Assembly: GCA_963702475.1 (NCBI GenBank)
Contig: CAVPCT010000002.1
Span: 320,001 to 384,000 of the forward strand
DNA length: 64,000 bases
Direction of reading: 5' to 3'
From: an uncultured Thermoleophilia bacterium
GTDB taxonomy: Bacteria > Actinomycetota > Thermoleophilia > UBA2241
The notes beneath the pieces were generated by a model. It did not search any database and was not told the DNA's origin. It worked only from the letters and a program-made list of their open reading frames with translations. Position numbers and translations under genes: made by a program. Positions within the stretch are counted from its first letter, which is position 1; every line of letters starts with the position of its first letter. Of this stretch, positions 54,122-64,000 are shown piece by piece.

Positions 54122-55572
54122 ATGCCTGGGATCACAGCATACGGAGCGTACATCCCGCTGCACCGGCTGAGCCGGGCGGAGATCGCGCGGGCGTGGGGCG
54201 GCAAGGCGGCCCCGGGCGAGCGCGCGGTCGCGAGCTACGACGAGGACAGCCTCACCATGGCCGTGGCCGCGGCGCGGGACTGCCTCAGGGACGCGGACCG
54301 CGCCACGGTCGGCGCGGTGTACTTCGCCTCCACCACGGCGCCCTACAAGGAGAAGCAGTCGGCCGCCGACCATCGCGTCGGTGCTGGACCTGCCGCCGGA
54401 CACGGCGACCGCGGACTTCGGCGGCTCGCTGCGCTGCGGCACCAACGCCCTCAAGGCGGCGCTGGACGCGGTGGCGGCCGGGAGCGCGCAGAGCGTGCTG
54501 GTCTGCGCCGCGGACATGCGCCTCGGGCTACCCCGCCGGCCCCGGCGAGATGAACTTCGGGGACGGCGCCGTGGCGCTGCTGGTCGGCGCCGGCGAGACG
54601 CTCGCCGAGGTCGAGCACTTCGACAGCCGCTACTGGGAGATCCAGGACACCTGGCGCTCGGACCAGGACACCTTCGTGCGCACGGCCGAGGACCGCTTCT
54701 CGATGGACGAGGGCTACGCCGACGTCATGGTGCACAGCGTGGCGGCGGCCCTCGAGAAGTACGGGCTGGCCGCCGCCGACGTGGCGCACTTCGCCTTCAA
54801 CGCCCCCAACGTGCGCCAGGTCAAGGGCGTCGCGAAGAAGCTCCGCTTCGACGAGCAGACCCAGGTCAACGACGTGCTGCACGCGTCGGTGGGCGACACG
54901 GGCTGCGCCGCGAGCCTGCTCAGCCTGGTCGCGGCGCTGGAGCAGTCCAGGGGCGGCGAGACGATCCTCCTGGCCTGCTACGGCAACGGCTGCGACACCG
55001 CCGTCCTGCGGACGACGGACCGCGTCGGCTCCGTGCCGGCCTGTCGCGGCGTGCGCGGGCACATCGAGTCCCGGCGCGAGCTGAGGAACTACGAGCAGTA
55101 CCTGCGCTGGCGCGGGCTGCTCCCGATCCAGCCGGCCGCGCGCCCGCCCGTCGAGGAGCGCATGCCCTCGCCGGCGGCCCAGTGGCGCGAGGTGCCCTGG
55201 GAGATGCGGCTCACGGGCACGAGGTGCCTGCACTGCGGCACGCCGCAGTACCCGCCGCAGCGCGTGTGCGTCACGTGCCACACCAAGGACGAGATGGAGC
55301 CGTACCGGTTCACCGACGTGCCGGCGAGGCTGTTCTCGTTCTCGCACGACTACGTGATGGAGACCCTGGACACGCCGGTCACCGTGACCTTCGTCGACTT
55401 CGAGGGCGGCGGCCGCCTCATGTGCGACATGACCGACCGCGACCCGGACGAGGTCGCGGTCGGCATGCCCCTCGAGATGTCGTTCCGCCGTCTCTACTAC
55501 GTGAACGGCGTCTACAACTACTGGTGGAAGTGCCAGCCGGTCAGGTGCCGGCAGACCGGGACCGAGGTGTGA
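54122..55572 (+). CDS. HMG-CoA-synthase-like domain fused to DUF35 (Zn-ribbon/OB-fold); frameshifts ~54370, ~54525
   Basis: GITAYGAYIP, DEDSLTMA, GDGAVA, VGDTG, YGNG, then CLHCG...PPQRVCVTC and FEGGGR. Confidence 0.85.
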
Positions 55573-55574
55573 CC

Positions 55575-56761
55575 GTGGAGAGCATCAAGGACAGAGTCGC
55601 GATCGTCGGCATGGGCTGCGTCAAGTTCGGCGAGAACTGGGGCCAGAGCCTCGAGGACATGATCATCGACGCCGCCTACGAGGCGTTCGAGGACGCCGGC
55701 ATCGGGCCGGACGACATCCAGGCGGCGTGGTGGGGCACGGTGTTCGCCGGCCACACCGGCCAGATCCTGGCCGCGCCGCTCAAGCTCGCCTACATCCCCG
55801 TCACGCACGTCGAGAACGCCTGCGCGACGGGCTCCGAGGCCATCAGGAACGCCTGCTACGCGGTGGCCGCCGGCCAGTACGACATCGTGCTCGCCGTCGG
55901 CGCCGAGAAGCTCAAGGACTTCGGCTACTCCGGCCTGCCGCAGACGCGGCCGGTCGCCACCTGGAGCTACCGGCTCACCACCCAGACGCCGGCGGCCGGG
56001 TTCGCCATGATGGCCACCGCCTACTTCGCCAAGTACGGGCTCGAGTACGACGTGGGCAAGGACCTCCTCGGGCAGATCGCCGTCAAGAACCACCACAACG
56101 GCTCGCTCAACCCCAAGGCCCACTTCCAGCGCGAGATCACGCCTGGAGCAAGGCCGTCAACGCGCCGATGATCGCCTGGCCGCTCGGGCTGTTCGACTGC
56201 TGCGGCGTGAGCGACGGCGCGGCGGCCGCGGTCATCACCCGGGCCGACCTGGCCAAGAAGTTCCGGCCGGACCCCATCTACATCAAGGCCGCGCAGATCT
56301 GCCAGGGCCCGCGCGAGGGCTGGCTCAGCCAGGTCTACGACCTCGCGCACGTGGAGGAGACGTACCGCGGCGGCCAGGCCGCCTACGCGGAGGCCGGCAT
56401 CAAGGACCCGCGCAAGGAGATCAGCATCGCCGAGGTGCACGACTGCTTCTCCATCACCGAGCTCACGATCATGGAGGACCTGCAGTTCAGCCCGCGGGGA
56501 CGCGCCGGCGAGGACATCGAGGCCGGCACGTTCGCCATCGAGGGCGAGCTGCCGGTGAACACCGACGGGGGCCTCAAGTGCTTCGGCCACCCCATCGGTG
56601 CGACCGGCCTGCGCATGCTCTACGAGGTCTACAAGCAGCTGCAGGAGAAGGCCGGGCCTCGGCAGGTGAAGGACCCGCGCCTCGGCCTGACCCACAACCA
56701 GGGCGGCGAGCCCGGGTCCGCCACCGTCAGCGTCATCATCGCCGGCAACGAGCTGGGCTGA
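55575..56761 (+). CDS. Thiolase, SCP2/PhlC type (frameshift ~56145)
   Basis: ENACATG, KNHHNG, VSDGAAA, EVHDCF, GHPIGATG. Confidence 0.9.
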
Positions 56762-56775
56762 GGGGGCCGAGGCTA

Positions 56776-56836
56776 TTGACTTCCCGGGGAGCCCGCACTA
56801 CGATGTGGCAACTTCGTATACGAACTCGCATACGCA
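56776..56836 (+). promoter_or_regulatory. Promoter + tandem operator, copy 5 (upstream of MarR, autoregulation)
   Basis: TTGACT-17-TACGAT then TTCGTATACGAA CTCGCATACGCA. Confidence 0.85.
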
Positions 56837-56912
56837 CATGAAAACGTCCCCAGACAGCATGGCCGCGAGCGTGGTCGACGACCACAAGGGCCCAACGGGA
56901 TCGGAGGGCGAA

Positions 56913-57420
56913 TTGCCCGTCACAGAGTCTCGCTCGGTCTCCGACGAGTACTTCATGCTGTGGGTGCTGATCGCCCAGACCAAGGACGCGATCCTGCGTG
57001 CGCGAGAGCTCGAGTACGCGCGCTACGGCATCAGCAACGAGCGGCGCGCGATCCTGGCCATCATCCAGCGCAACGGCGGCCGCAGCACCCCGGTGGACAT
57101 CGCCCGGGACCTCTTCCGCGAGCTCCACTCCGTCACCGAGATGCTCGTGCGCATGGAGCGGGACGGCCTCATCGTGAGGCACAAGGGGACGGGCCGGTCC
57201 AAGGTGGAGGTCAGCCTCACCGAGCAGGGCCTCGACGTCTTCCACCAGTCCCTGAACAGCGAGGCGGACAGCAGGATCTTCTCGGTGCTCACCAAGAAGC
57301 AGCGTGAGCGCCTCTCGCAGTACCTGTGGAAGCTGCGCGGCAGGACCATGGAGCATCTCGGCATCCCCGAGTGGCAGCTCACCTTCCTGCCCGCAGCCCG
57401 ACGAGAAGGAGGGACCCTGA
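56913..57420 (+). CDS. MarR-family transcriptional regulator (probable +1 indel ~57391 hides the stop)
   Basis: GGAGG RBS + TTG; TPVDIARDLFRELHSVTEMLVRMERDGLI, VSLTEQG. Confidence 0.85.
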
Positions 57421-57597
57421 CGCGCGCGACCGGGGCGGTCGCGCCGGCGGCCTGTGAGGGGCCGTCGCACAGGCGTCCACGACGAGGACGGACCGAAGGA
57501 GGCTGGTATTCACCGAGGGGGTTCGATCAAGGTGTCACGACGCAAGCTGCATCGCACGGAGCACCAAGGAAGAGTCATGGCAAACAGGGGGAGTGAT

Positions 57598-58682
57598 ATG
57601 AAGAGTTCGAAATGGGCCATCGTGCTGCTGATCGTCATCCTGGCGGTGAGCCTCTCGGTCGTGCTCGCCGCCTGCGGCGGCGACGAGCCGGCGGCGGAGG
57701 AGTCCGCGGCGGCCGTCGAGGACACGGGCCAGACGTGGGACCTCAAGTTCAGCTACCCGACGCCTGAGCGCGCCAGCCTCGTACCGGCGTACCTCGTGCC
57801 GTGGAGCGAGGCCGTCACCATGGCCACCGACGACCGCGTGAAGATCACCCACTACGCCGAGAACTCGCTGGTCAAGGAAGAGCAGCAGTGGGACGCCCTG
57901 CTCTCGGGCACGTCGGACATCGCCCTGATCGAGCCGGAGTTCAACCCCGGCATGTTCCCGATCTCGGAAGTCGGCTCGCTGCCGTACCAGTTCCCGGACG
58001 CGGTCACGGCCGCCAAGACGTTCTGGGACGTCGTCACCCAGAAGGCCCAGGATGAGTGGAAGGACGTGCAGGTCCTCGGCGTGACGGTCATCGCGCCGGC
58101 CCAGTACCGCGGCAACGTCGAGGTCAAGGGCGACGTCACCAAGTTCGAGGGCACGCGCATGCGGTCCGGCGGCACGGATCGAGACCTGGATCGTCGAGGC
58201 GTTCGGCGCGACCCCGGTGGAGATCGGGACCGGCGACCTCTCGACGTCGCTCGAGCGCGGCATGGCCGACGGCGCCTTCCTCAGCTACTCGCTGATCCTG
58301 GCCATGGCCAAGGACTTCACCAAGTACACGACCGAGTGCAACATGTTCTATCGCTGCTGGGTCATCGCGATGAACAAGGACGTCTGGAACTCCATGCCGA
58401 CGACCGTCCAGGACCAGATCATGGGCGTGAGCGGGCAGGAGGGCTCGGCCAAGTACTCGGCCGCCAACGCCGGAGTCGAAGCGGCGAGAAGAAGGGCCTC
58501 GAGGGCGCCGACAAGGGCATGGGCAATCCGCCGATCTACGTGCTGACCGCGGCGAGCTCGCCACGTGGACCGAGGCGTGCCAGCCGGTCATCCAGAAGTG
58601 GATCGACCAGCTGTCCGACCCGGCGACCGGCCAGGAGGTCATCGACTTCATCGCCGCGCAGAACGCGACCTACGCCCAGTAA
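57598..58682 (+). CDS. dctP: TRAP transporter substrate-binding lipoprotein (frameshifts ~58178, 58485, 58550)
   Basis: Lipobox LAAC; FEGTRMR, LERGMADG, MNKDVWNSMP. Confidence 0.85.
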
Positions 58683-58695
58683 GCGACACGTGACT

Positions 58696-58736
58696 GACGG
58701 CCGGCCCCGGCCCAGTCCTCGCCGGGGCCGGCCGTC
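58696..58736 (+). terminator. Hairpin between dctP and dctQ
   Basis: GACGGCCGGCCCCGGC-9 nt-GCCGGGGCCGGCCGTC. Confidence 0.6.
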
Positions 58737-58760
58737 CCATACAGCAGTGAAGGGACGCCT

Positions 58761-59318
58761 ATGAACGAACATGGACGACCGGAGGGTGACGCGGCGCTGC
58801 CGGCCTCAGGGCTGGTGCGGTTCGCCGACTCGTTCGAGGCCCTCCTCGGGAAGATCTACACGGCCGATCGCGTGGGTCGGGGCCGCCACCTTGGCTGCGC
58901 TGGTCGTGGCGATGTTCTGCTCCGTCATCGGGCGCAGGTTCTTCAACTCCCCGCTGGAGGGCTCCGGGGACATCATCGAGATGTCGCTGCTGATCATGAC
59001 CGCCACGGTCCTGGGCCTGGAGCACCTCGGCCACGAGAAGATGACCGTCGACATCCTCAGCAAGCAAGTTCTCGAAGAAGGCGCAGGCGATCATCGCTCC
59101 GTCATCTACTGCCTCGCCATCGCCATCCTGTGCCGTGGCGTTCTAGAGTTGATGGTGTGGGCCGGCAAGCTCTTCGAGCGCGGCGAGACCACGCCCGGGC
59201 GTGCTGGAGCTCCCCAAGTACCCCTTCGCCTACCTGATCGCGTTCGGGATCCTCACGCTGGTCCCCATCTACGTGGTCCGGCTGCTGCGGGCCATCGGAC
59301 GAGGTGAGGCGGCCATGA
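58761..59318 (+). CDS. dctQ: TRAP small permease (frameshifted)
   Basis: VIGRRFFNSPLEGSGDIIE, KMTVDIL, LELPKYPF. Confidence 0.78.
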
Positions 59319-60635
59319 GCACCCTTCCGCTGTGGGCCTGCGGCATCATCGGCGCGGGGGTCTTCTTCGGCCTCATGTTCCTCAAGCTCCACGTCGGCCT
59401 CTCGATGATGATCGGCGGGTTCGTGGGCTTCATCCTGACCCGGGGTCTGCCGGCCGCAGAGATCGACCCTGCGAGGACGATCTTCGAGGTGTCCACCTCG
59501 CCGATCCTGGTCATCATCCCGCTGTTCGTGCTGATGGGCGTCATCGCGGGGGCCGGCGGAGTCATCGCCGCCGCGTTCGAGACCTTCGACAAGTGGCTGG
59601 GGCACCTGCGCGGCGGCCTGGCCATGGCCACCGTGGGCGCGTGCGCCGCGTTCGGGGCCGTGTGCGGCGACAACATCGCCACGGCGGTGACGATGAACAA
59701 GGCGGCCCTGCCCGCAGATGCGGAAGCTGGGGTACGACGACAAGCTCTCCTTCGGCTCCATCGCCGCCGGCGGCAACCTCGGCATCCTGATCCCGCCGAG
59801 CGCCGCGTTCGTGGTGTACGGCTTCATCACCGAGAACAACATCGCCAACCTGTTCGTCTCGGGCATCCTGCCCGGCATCATCCTGACCGCGATGTTCATG
59901 GTCGACGATCGCGATCTGGTGCAAGCGTGACCCGAGCCTGTCCTCGAAGCACGAGCCCCAGACCCATGAAGGTCAGGCTGGCCTCGCTGCAAGGGGCTGA
60001 TCGGCATCGTCGCGGTGTTCGTGCTCGTGATGGGCGGCCTCATGGGCGGCGTCTTCACGCCGCAGGAGGCCGGCGCCGTGGGTACGGTCGCGATGATCGT
60101 CGTGAGCCTCTTCTACAGGCAGCTCACGTGGAAGAAGCTGGGCCACGCCCTGGTGGAGTCGACGAAGACGTCCGCCATGATCCTGCTGCTCATCATGGGG
60201 GCGAGGTACTTCAGCTACTTCATCACCACGACGGAGCTGCCGCAGACGCTCTCCGACCTGATCCTCAACGCGAACCTCAACGGCTACATCGTGATCATCC
60301 TGGTGTGCATCCTGTGGATCATCCTGGGCATGCTCATGGACATCTGGTCGGTGATGATCATCACGCTGCCGATCTTCTACGGCATCCTGCTCACCCTGGG
60401 GTTCGACCCGCTGCAGCTGGGCGTGATCGTGGTGCTGTGCATCATGCTGGGCTGCGTCACCCCGCCGGTGGGCGTGGTGGTGTTCTCGCTGGCCGGCATG
60501 CACAGGGACGTGCCGATGTACACCATCTTCAAGGGTGTCTGGCCGTTCATCTACGCGATGGTCATCTTCCTGCTGATGATCATCTTCATCCCTTGGATCA
60601 GCACGTTCCTGCCTAGCCTCGTGGTACCAGGCTAG
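59315..60635 (+). CDS. dctM: TRAP large permease (frameshifted)
   Basis: IPLFVLMG, GHLRGGLA, GILIPPS, FTPQEAG, VTPPVG. Confidence 0.88.
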
Positions 60636-60655
60636 CCAGCCGACCTGCAGAATGG

Positions 60656-60696
60656 AGACTCCCCTGCCTCGTCCGGCGGATGAGGCAGGGGAGTCT
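60656..60696 (+). terminator. Hairpin at the right end of the island
   Basis: AGACTCCCCTGCCTCGTCC-ggc-GGATGAGGCAGGGGAGTCT. Confidence 0.65.
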
Positions 60697-60749
60697 GCTG
60701 CGAGCAGGAAGTGCACGGTGCACGAGCGACGACATCGGAGTGTGGCCTC

Positions 60750-62075
60750 TTGACTCTCGGCGAGTACCTCAGCCCCTGGCTCATCCTGCCCTTTGCCGGG
60801 CTGCTGCTCTGCATCGCCGTGCTGCCGCTGGCCACGCCGAAGTGGTTCGACAGCCTGCGCAACAAGGCGCTGGTGGCGGCGGTGTTCGGCGTACCCGTGG
60901 TGCTGTACCTGGTGCTCGAGTTCGACGCCCTGGGTCGCCACACGGTGCTCACGACGGCGGAGGACTACTTCTCGTTCATCGTCCTGCTGCTGGCGCTGTT
61001 CGCGATCTCCGGAGGCATCTACCTCACCGGCGACCCGCTGGGCACGCCGCGCAACAACCTCACCTTTCTCGCCGTCGGGGCCGTGCTGGCCAACTTCGTC
61101 GGCACCACCGGGGCCGCCATGCTCCTGGTGCGTCCCATGCTGCGCGCCAACTCCGAGCGGACCAAGGTGCGCCACATCTTCGTCTTCCTGATCTTCGTGG
61201 TCTGCAACCTCGGCGGCCTGCTCACGCCGATCGGCGACCCGCCGCTGTTCCTCGGCTTCCTGAACGGAGTGAGCTTCACCTGGACGCTCCGCCTGGCGCC
61301 GCAGTGGCTCCTGGCCAACAGCCTCGTGCTCGCCGTCTTCTACGTGCTGGACACCTACTACTACCGCAAGGAGCCGCTCTCGGCGATCGTCGCCGACGAG
61401 GCCGAGTACGTGCCCATCCGCCTGCTCGGCAAGATCAACCTGCTCTTCCTCGCCGGCGTCATCGCCGCGGTGGTGTTCTCGGAGCCGCTGGCCACCCTGG
61501 GCGAGGCGGTGCACGTCCCGTTCCTGCGCGAGATCGTCATGCTGGTGATGGTGGGGCTCTCGCTGCGGTACGGACCGGCAGAGCCGCGGCGCCTCAACCG
61601 CTTCGCGTGGGCGCCGATCGGCGAGGTGGCGATCGTGTTCGCCGGCATCTTCGCTTCCATGGTGCCGGCGCTCGCCATCCTCGAGGCCCGCGGCGACCAG
61701 CTCGGCCTCACCCTGCCGTGGCAGTACTTCTGGGCGTCGGGGGTGCTCTCGTCGTTCCTCGACAACGCCCCCACCTACCTCACCTTCACGGCCGCCGCCC
61801 AGGGCTTCCTCGGCGTACCGACCACCGGCGGGCTGATGTCCCCGGACGTGATCCCGGGGTTCGCCGCAGCCCCCGCCGCCTTCCTGGCGGCGATCTCCTG
61901 CGGCGCCGTGTTCATGGGCGCGAACACGTACATCGGCAACGCGCCCAACTTCATGGTCCGGAGCATCGCGGAGGGGCACGGCGTCCCCATGCCCAACTTC
62001 TTCCACTACATGGCGTGGTCGGCGGCGGTGCTCCTGCCGGTGTTCGCGATCGTCACCGTCGTCTTCTTCCTGTGA
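60750..62075 (+). CDS. Putative Na+/H+ antiporter or citrate transporter (IT superfamily)
   Basis: GTTGAAMLL, LTPIGDPPLFLGFL, SSFLDNAPTYL, YIGNAPNFMV. Confidence 0.88.
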   Translation: MTLGEYLSPWLILPFAGLLLCIAVLPLATPKWFDSLRNKALVAAVFGVPVVLYLVLEFDALGRHTVLTTAEDYFSFIVLLLALFAISGGIYLTGDPLGTPRNNLTFLAVGAVLANFVGTTGAAMLLVRPMLRANSERTKVRHIFVFLIFVVCNLGGLLTPIGDPPLFLGFLNGVSFTWTLRLAPQWLLANSLVLAVFYVLDTYYYRKEPLSAIVADEAEYVPIRLLGKINLLFLAGVIAAVVFSEPLATLGEAVHVPFLREIVMLVMVGLSLRYGPAEPRRLNRFAWAPIGEVAIVFAGIFASMVPALAILEARGDQLGLTLPWQYFWASGVLSSFLDNAPTYLTFTAAAQGFLGVPTTGGLMSPDVIPGFAAAPAAFLAAISCGAVFMGANTYIGNAPNFMVRSIAEGHGVPMPNFFHYMAWSAAVLLPVFAIVTVVFFL

Positions 62076-62108
62076 CGGTCTGAGCGCGCGAGCGAGCCCG
62101 GCGCCGCG

Positions 62109-62426
62109 TCAGGCCGGGCGCACTCCGCGGTGGTGGCAGGTCCGGCAGTCGTCGCCGCAGTCAGCCGTGCCGCCGAGCCTGGGGCAGCCGGCGGCGGTCG
62201 CCGGGGGAGCCTCGACCGCGAGAACGGGGGACTCCGCCAGGCCACGCTCCGCCATCGCCCACCGCCCGCCGAGGTCGTGCTGATCGACCTCGTGGCCGGG
62301 GTGCTCGTGACCGTGATGCGCATACCCGTGGTGGCCGTGCGCGTGACGCTCGTGCCGTCCACCGTGACCACGGCTGTGTGCGCCGTGGCGATGCCCGGTA
62401 TGGTGGTCGTGTGCGTGCTGGTGCAT
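62109..62426 (-). CDS. His-rich small protein with C-terminal Cys cluster
   Basis: AGAGGAG before ATG; 20 His in first 50 aa; C-x8-C-x3-C-x2-C. Confidence 0.55.
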   Translation of the reverse strand: MHQHAHDHHTGHRHGAHSRGHGGRHERHAHGHHGYAHHGHEHPGHEVDQHDLGGRWAMAERGLAESPVLAVEAPPATAAGCPRLGGTADCGDDCRTCHHRGVRPA

Positions 62427-62512
62427 GGACTCCTCTGCGTACTTTCCAATATGTCTCGATATATCGTAACAGGTGCGTCAACTGGCCGTCCGCGGTCCGA
62501 GGGGGCGTGGTC

Positions 62513-63752
62513 GTGAGCGAGCGGTGGAAGATGTGGCACGACCCGGCCGGCCGCGGCTACATCCTCCTCGCCGCTGATGACGCTGGCGTTCGGCCTCTCG
62601 ATGAACACCAGCAACGCCGTGACGACCAACTACTTCGCCGACGTCCTGCACTTCACGGGGCCGCAGTTCGGCTACATCACGGCGATCCGCGAGATCCCCG
62701 GGCTGCTGCTCATCTTCATCACGGCGCTGCTGTACCGCATGTCGCAGCAGCGCCTCACGGCCCTCGCGCTCGTCGTCCTCGGCGTGGGGATCGCCGGCTA
62801 CGCGCTGGCGACGGACTTCCGCAGCGTCCTCCCCTGGGTCGTCCTGGGCAGCCTGGGGTTCCACACCGTCCTGCAGACGCAGGTGGCGCTCGGCATGAGC
62901 CTCTCGGTGGAGTCGCGGAGCGGGCGCATCCTCGGCAACATGGCCGGCATCGGGCAGGCGGGAGCGCTGGTGGGCATGGGGGCGGTGTTCGTGCTGTTCC
63001 TGAGGTGGCCCGACCTCTACCACCAGGTCTACGTGGTCTGCGGCCTCATCGCCCTGCTCGGCGCCGCGGCCATCATCGGCTTTCCGCACCTCCACGAGGG
63101 CAAGGCCATCGCGGCGCAGATGCCGCGGCAACGGATCGTGGTCAAGCGGGACTACCGCTACTACTACGTCCTCAACGTGCTGGACGGCGCGCGGCAGCAG
63201 CTGTTCTTCTCGTTCGGGCTGTGGGTGCTGGTGAGCCGGTTCGGCATGGGGGTGTCCGCGGTCTCGCTGGTCGTGATCGTCTCGACCGTGGTGGCGATGG
63301 TGTTCTCGCCGTGGGCCGGCAGGATGATCGACCGCCACGGCGAGCGCCACACGCTCTCGGCGATCAACGTCGCCTACATCGTGGCGCTGGCCGGCTACGC
63401 GCTCATGGGCAACGTGTGGCTGGCGTGCGCCTTCTACGTGCTCTACAGCTTCATCGCGCCGTTCTCGGCGATCGGGGCGGCGACCTACCTGCGCAAGATC
63501 GCCGTGCCCGCCGACATCGCCCCCAGCCTGGCGATGGGGGTGACCCTGCTGCACGCGACGGCGATCGTGGTGCCCGTCGCCGCCGGCCTGATCCTCAACT
63601 ACGTGGGCTACCAGGTGCCGTTCTTCATCGGCTGCGGCTTCGCGCTCGTCGCCGCGCTGGTGACGCTGCGGCTGGACCCCGTGCGGCAGCGGGCGGCGGC
63701 CAAGGTCGCGCTGGACGAGGCCGGCCGCGATGAGGCGGCGGTCGCGCCATGA
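62513..63752 (+). CDS. MFS transporter (probable indel ~62572)
   Basis: ~12 hydrophobic segments, IREIPG, GRMIDRHGER. Confidence 0.85.
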
Positions 63753-64000
63753 CGCAGGCCGCCGCGCACCGGTCGCGCACGCTGGCGGTGCTGATCCTCG
63801 GCCACGTCAGCGTGGACCTCGCCGCCGGCGCCCTGTTCGCCCTGCTCCCCTTCCTGGTCGCCGAGCGCCACTACACGCTGGCGGCCGTCGGCACGTTCGC
63901 GCTCGTCGCCAACGTCACCAACGGGGCCTGCCAGCCGCTCTTCGGCGCGCGCGGCGACCTCCGTGAGGCGCGCTGGATGCTGCCGCTCGGTCTCGTCCTC
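63749..64000 (+). CDS. MFS transporter, Fsr-like, 3'-truncated by the window
   Basis: MTQAAAHRSRTLAVLILGHVSVD...LLPFL...QPLFG; ATGA overlap with upstream gene. Confidence 0.75.
   Translation, partial: MTQAAAHRSRTLAVLILGHVSVDLAAGALFALLPFLVAERHYTLAAVGTFALVANVTNGACQPLFGARGDLREARWMLPLGLVL

Noticed and set aside
34850-60000. Programmed frameshifting or gene fusions (ECH1 read-through, dctQ-dctM, long MarR, AthL2 tail)
   Set aside because: Indels are numerous, scattered and lack slippery sites; sequencing error explains them better.

Overview
High-GC actinobacterial chromosome, most like class Thermoleophilia (inferred from the ClpX and MreB N-termini). Bases 1-33.8 kb are largely core: a surface protein, a B12-binding protein with an ABC exporter, tRNA-His/tRNA-Leu, tig-clpP-clpX-lon, valS-folC, ndk-maf-mreBCD-mrdA-rodA, a radical SAM pair, RNase E/G and rplU-rpmA-obgE. 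Right after obgE lies a ~27 kb single-strand catabolic island (33.9-60.7 kb) that looks like an anaerobic trihydroxybenzene/(acyl)phloroglucinol degradation system. It encodes three pyrogallol-transhydroxylase-like Mo subunits with one Fe-S subunit, an SDR, an amidohydrolase, a 3-hydroxyacyl dehydrogenase, BKACE, two 6-oxocamphor-hydrolase-type crotonases, a PhlABC-like module, ADP-forming acyl-CoA synthetase, a lactonase, an M29-fold unknown, a TRAP transporter and a MarR regulator. Five sigma70 promoters in the island each carry the same tandem 12-bp operator (TTCGTATACGAA-CTCGGATACGTA) over the predicted start site; one seems to drive a ~380-nt non-coding transcript. Island genes carry many +1 indels, probably sequencing errors. 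Homology calls come from recalled family motifs, not database searches.
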